Assembly: GCF_006345805.1 (NCBI RefSeq)
Contig: NC_042999.1
Location: 54,126,001-54,190,000 of the forward strand
Direction: 5' to 3'
From: Octopus sinensis
Taxonomy: Eukaryota
DNA length: 64,000 nucleotides
The notes under the pieces are model-generated. The model searched no databases and was not told the origin of the DNA. It saw only the letters and a list, made by a program, of their open reading frames with translations. Shown here piece by piece: positions 60,991 to 64,000 of the stretch (position 1 is the stretch's first letter; every line of letters starts with the position of its first letter). Made by a program: the position numbers and the translations under genes.

Positions 60991-62719
60991 AAATCTTGAC
61001 TCTTCTGCAGTTCGATCACCAATTGGGATCGATTTGTTGTTATTTCATTAAAAATCTCGGGTTTTATGTTTTTCCTTTAAACAACAAAATGGTTTGTTGT
61101 GAACTTAATGGCATTTCAAAATCGAGTTGTTCTCTTTGTCTTTGAAGACCAGGGAAGTACTGGGATGAATATAATAAATTATATCTTTGTAGGCAGTGCC
61201 CCGACATAGTCTCCCTCCAATGACAAAAACTCATTTCTTTATTAGCTACTGAGGACCAAAACTCCAATGACCGAAACTAGTAAAGAAATGAGAGAAAAAA
61301 ACCATTGTTTCATTTTCAAAGCAGAACATTGTATGAAGGTCCGGCAAAGAAAGCTTTCTCACCTGATTTTCCATCCTAGCTGTTTCACTTCTCACCCGTC
61401 ACTCCTACTCTAAGAACATATAAACAGCACACAATCCCCTTATCCTCTGCCCTTAGACTTGTTTCTGCCATATTGGGATTCTCTCAAGCTGTGATCCCCA
61501 TCATCGCGCTTTCAGTTTCTAATTGGAGCTTGTTCACTTCATTTTGAGACCGACATCAACATCCCATATTCTAATGTAAACATTCTGAAATATATCAATT
61601 ACTACTGAAATGAATTTTTCTTCCATACACATACACGCACGCACACATGCACACTCTCACACATCCAAACAGCCCACCAACACGAATCCTTGACATTCGT
61701 ATTATTAATGACCTTGATCTTCTAATTCAAGTCAATGTCACTGAAACTGTCAATCATATTGACCCAATATCTTTCCCTACTTCCAGTCTTTGTTCGATTA
61801 TATAACCTTGACATTGTACTAGATTTAACCTTGGCCTTGAAACATCCCTTGAGGTCATTGTTTTACTTCTTTTTTTTAATAAGTTTTCTTGTCATAAGTT
61901 TTCGACTTTAACCCTTGACATTCTGTTAGTTTGTCGAATGTTCCTGAATTTCTTTCAGCCACGTTATTGACCGGCCCTTGAGTGCGCCCTTCACCTTGTA
62001 AATGCCCTTTAGTATTTAAAAGGTGGCCAGTGTTACACGGAAAACATGGCAACAGAAATACCTAGTAGAGATGGGTAGGTAGAATGTGGGGAGGGTTAAA
62101 TGGTAGGGGGTAGGTGAATTGGTTGTGGTGGAGTGGAGTGTTGGTGGAAGGATGAGTGTGAGTGGAGGTGAAGTGATGAGCGTGAGTGGGGCAGTGGTGG
62201 TGGCTGTTGAGAATTTGTGTACTGGGGGAGATTAGTAGTAGTGTAGGCTATGTTCTAGTGGTGAGTGTTAAAGTGATGTTTGCAGTACTACTAGTGTCTG
62301 AGGTGATGGTCATTAGAGACACGTGACTTGTGATGGTACGGCTTGCTGCAGTGTTGTGAGGATGGTGTGTAGTAATATATATGTTGTTGTTGTTGTTGTG
62401 GTGGTGGTGGTGGTGGTGGTTTATTGAGAAGGCAGGGCAGTGACCTTGACTGTCGCAGTCACCTCTCTGACAGAGCAGTTCAGTGTCAGTCGAGGCAAAT
62501 GGCTCTGACCTTCCACACTGACCAGATTATCGTTAGCAGGGTCCAGTGACCACTTCACAGTAAAGAGAGAAAGCCATTCTTAGGTGTTGTAGCCTTGCTG
62601 ATTCGAAGAGGTCACAGGTCCAGTTGAGTGGAATTATAATCAAAAGCAATCCAACTGTGACCGTCTATGACTACATTATCCAATTTCCTTCTTTATTTTT
62701 AAAGTATTTTAATGATTAC

Positions 62720-63140
62720 AACAATCAAGGTCACTGATCAGATCAAGGTCACTGATCAGATCAAGGTCACTGATCAGATGAATGACAACGGTGAAGATCC
62801 AGTACATCAGTAAAGGTCAAGGACAATAGCAAAAGTTCAATGACAATAGTAAAGGTCAAGGATGATGGTTAAGGCCATGAACAATAAAGACCAAGGACAA
62901 TGGTTAAGGTCAAACGGAATGGTTAAAGTCAAGGATAATGTTTAAGGTCAAGGTCGATGGTTGAGGTCACGAACAACGGTTAAAGACAAGGTCATTTGTT
63001 AAGGTCAGGTACAATGATTTAGGTCAAGCGTATTGATACGGTGGAAGCCATCCGTATGATCGAATGCATTCCTATATTCCCAAGGTCATTAATAAGGTCA
63101 AATACATTAACAAGATTACGAACATTTACAAGGTCAAGGA
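62720..63140 (+). repeat. Degenerate ~20-bp AAGGTCA-rich repeat array, including 3x tcaaggtcactgatcaga
   Basis: Many aaggtca motifs; reverse-orientation (t)gaccttga motifs at 61690-62000. Confidence 0.65.
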
Positions 63141-63551
63141 CACATACAAATCTTTTTTAATAAATGTGTTAATATTGATGAATGATAAACTATTATCGAT
63201 TAATAATTTGAAATGATTGGATTTTTGTTGCAGGGACATATCGAAGAGGACAGTTTTAATCTTCTACTCAGCCGTTTTAGATGGTTTTATATATGTTGGA
63301 GGGAACTTAGAACTCCGAGTATTTCACTAATCGTTGACTAATTAGTGTCACATGGATCAGGCGTTGAGTTGCATACGTGAGAGTACGGCGGAAAGCGGTG
63401 AGTAGGAAGGGATGGGGCGATAACGGTGCGGGTACAAGCGGAAATATTTGAGGAGGGACTGGGGCTAGTTTGGAGATTAAGATTAAAAGGGCCTGGATAG
63501 GCTGTGTGTGTCTGTCTGACAGTAGCAGTAGTAGTAGTAGTAGTAGTAGTA

Positions 63552-63593
<42 letters not shown>

Positions 63594-64000
63594 CAACAGC
63601 AGCGGCAATCATTGTGGTGGTGGTGGCAGTACTAACATTTAATTGTTTTTTCCTCAGAGTCCGGCTCTGAACGAAAGTAAAATTTCATTGGTCTAGCGAT
63701 AAGTGACGTCGGCAACTGGTGTTTGAGGTGTGTGGTGTTATTGTATAGTGATTTGGAGTTGCGGTTTCGAAACCCAGGAGGAAGACGGTTACTTTCTAGT
63801 AACTTCTTCTTTCACGTAATTGAATAACAAATTCGTAAACAATTCAAAAATTTTTATATAAAAAGATTGTGTGTAGATGTATGTATAACAATAATCAATG
63901 AGGAAGGACACTCACGCATACACACACGCACACACACGCATACACACACACACACACACACACACATATTTATTCATTCAAGTTTGTGCTTATGTCAAGT

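Noticed and set aside
63234-63397. Plus-strand exon-like segment (ttgcag|...gcg|gtgagt)
   Set aside because: Splice-like sites only, with no coding signal or partner exon inside the window.

Overview
Eukaryotic, repeat-dense DNA. The SINE and microsatellite content looks like an octopus (coleoid cephalopod) genome; this is inferred, not checked. One host protein-coding gene can be rebuilt by hand: an 11-coding-exon SLC17 (sialin/VGLUT/NPT-like) MFS anion transporter on the minus strand, CDS 40886->6866, 1569 nt / 522 aa, with all introns GT-AG and consistent phases. The rest is mostly transposable elements: HERO-like and R4/Dong-like RLE LINEs, RTE and L1/Tx1 fragments, Tc1, mariner, Merlin, Helitrons, MITEs, tRNA-derived SINEs, a degenerate satellite and many microsatellites. 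The main finding is in the 3' UTRs of two sequence-divergent HERO-like LINEs (16887-16999 + and 2457-2584 -). Each contains the hammerhead ribozyme core (UH, GAAA, CUGANGA) with stems I, II and III, but in a non-canonical, pseudoknotted strand order that is not type I, II or III, and the stem sequences differ while pairing is largely kept. Other observations: an array of GAAAGA-loop hairpins in the HERO 5' UTR, a ~485-bp inverted repeat bracketing exon 9, and loss of the TM4 glutamates in the transporter. All folds and translations were read by eye and need computational and experimental confirmation.
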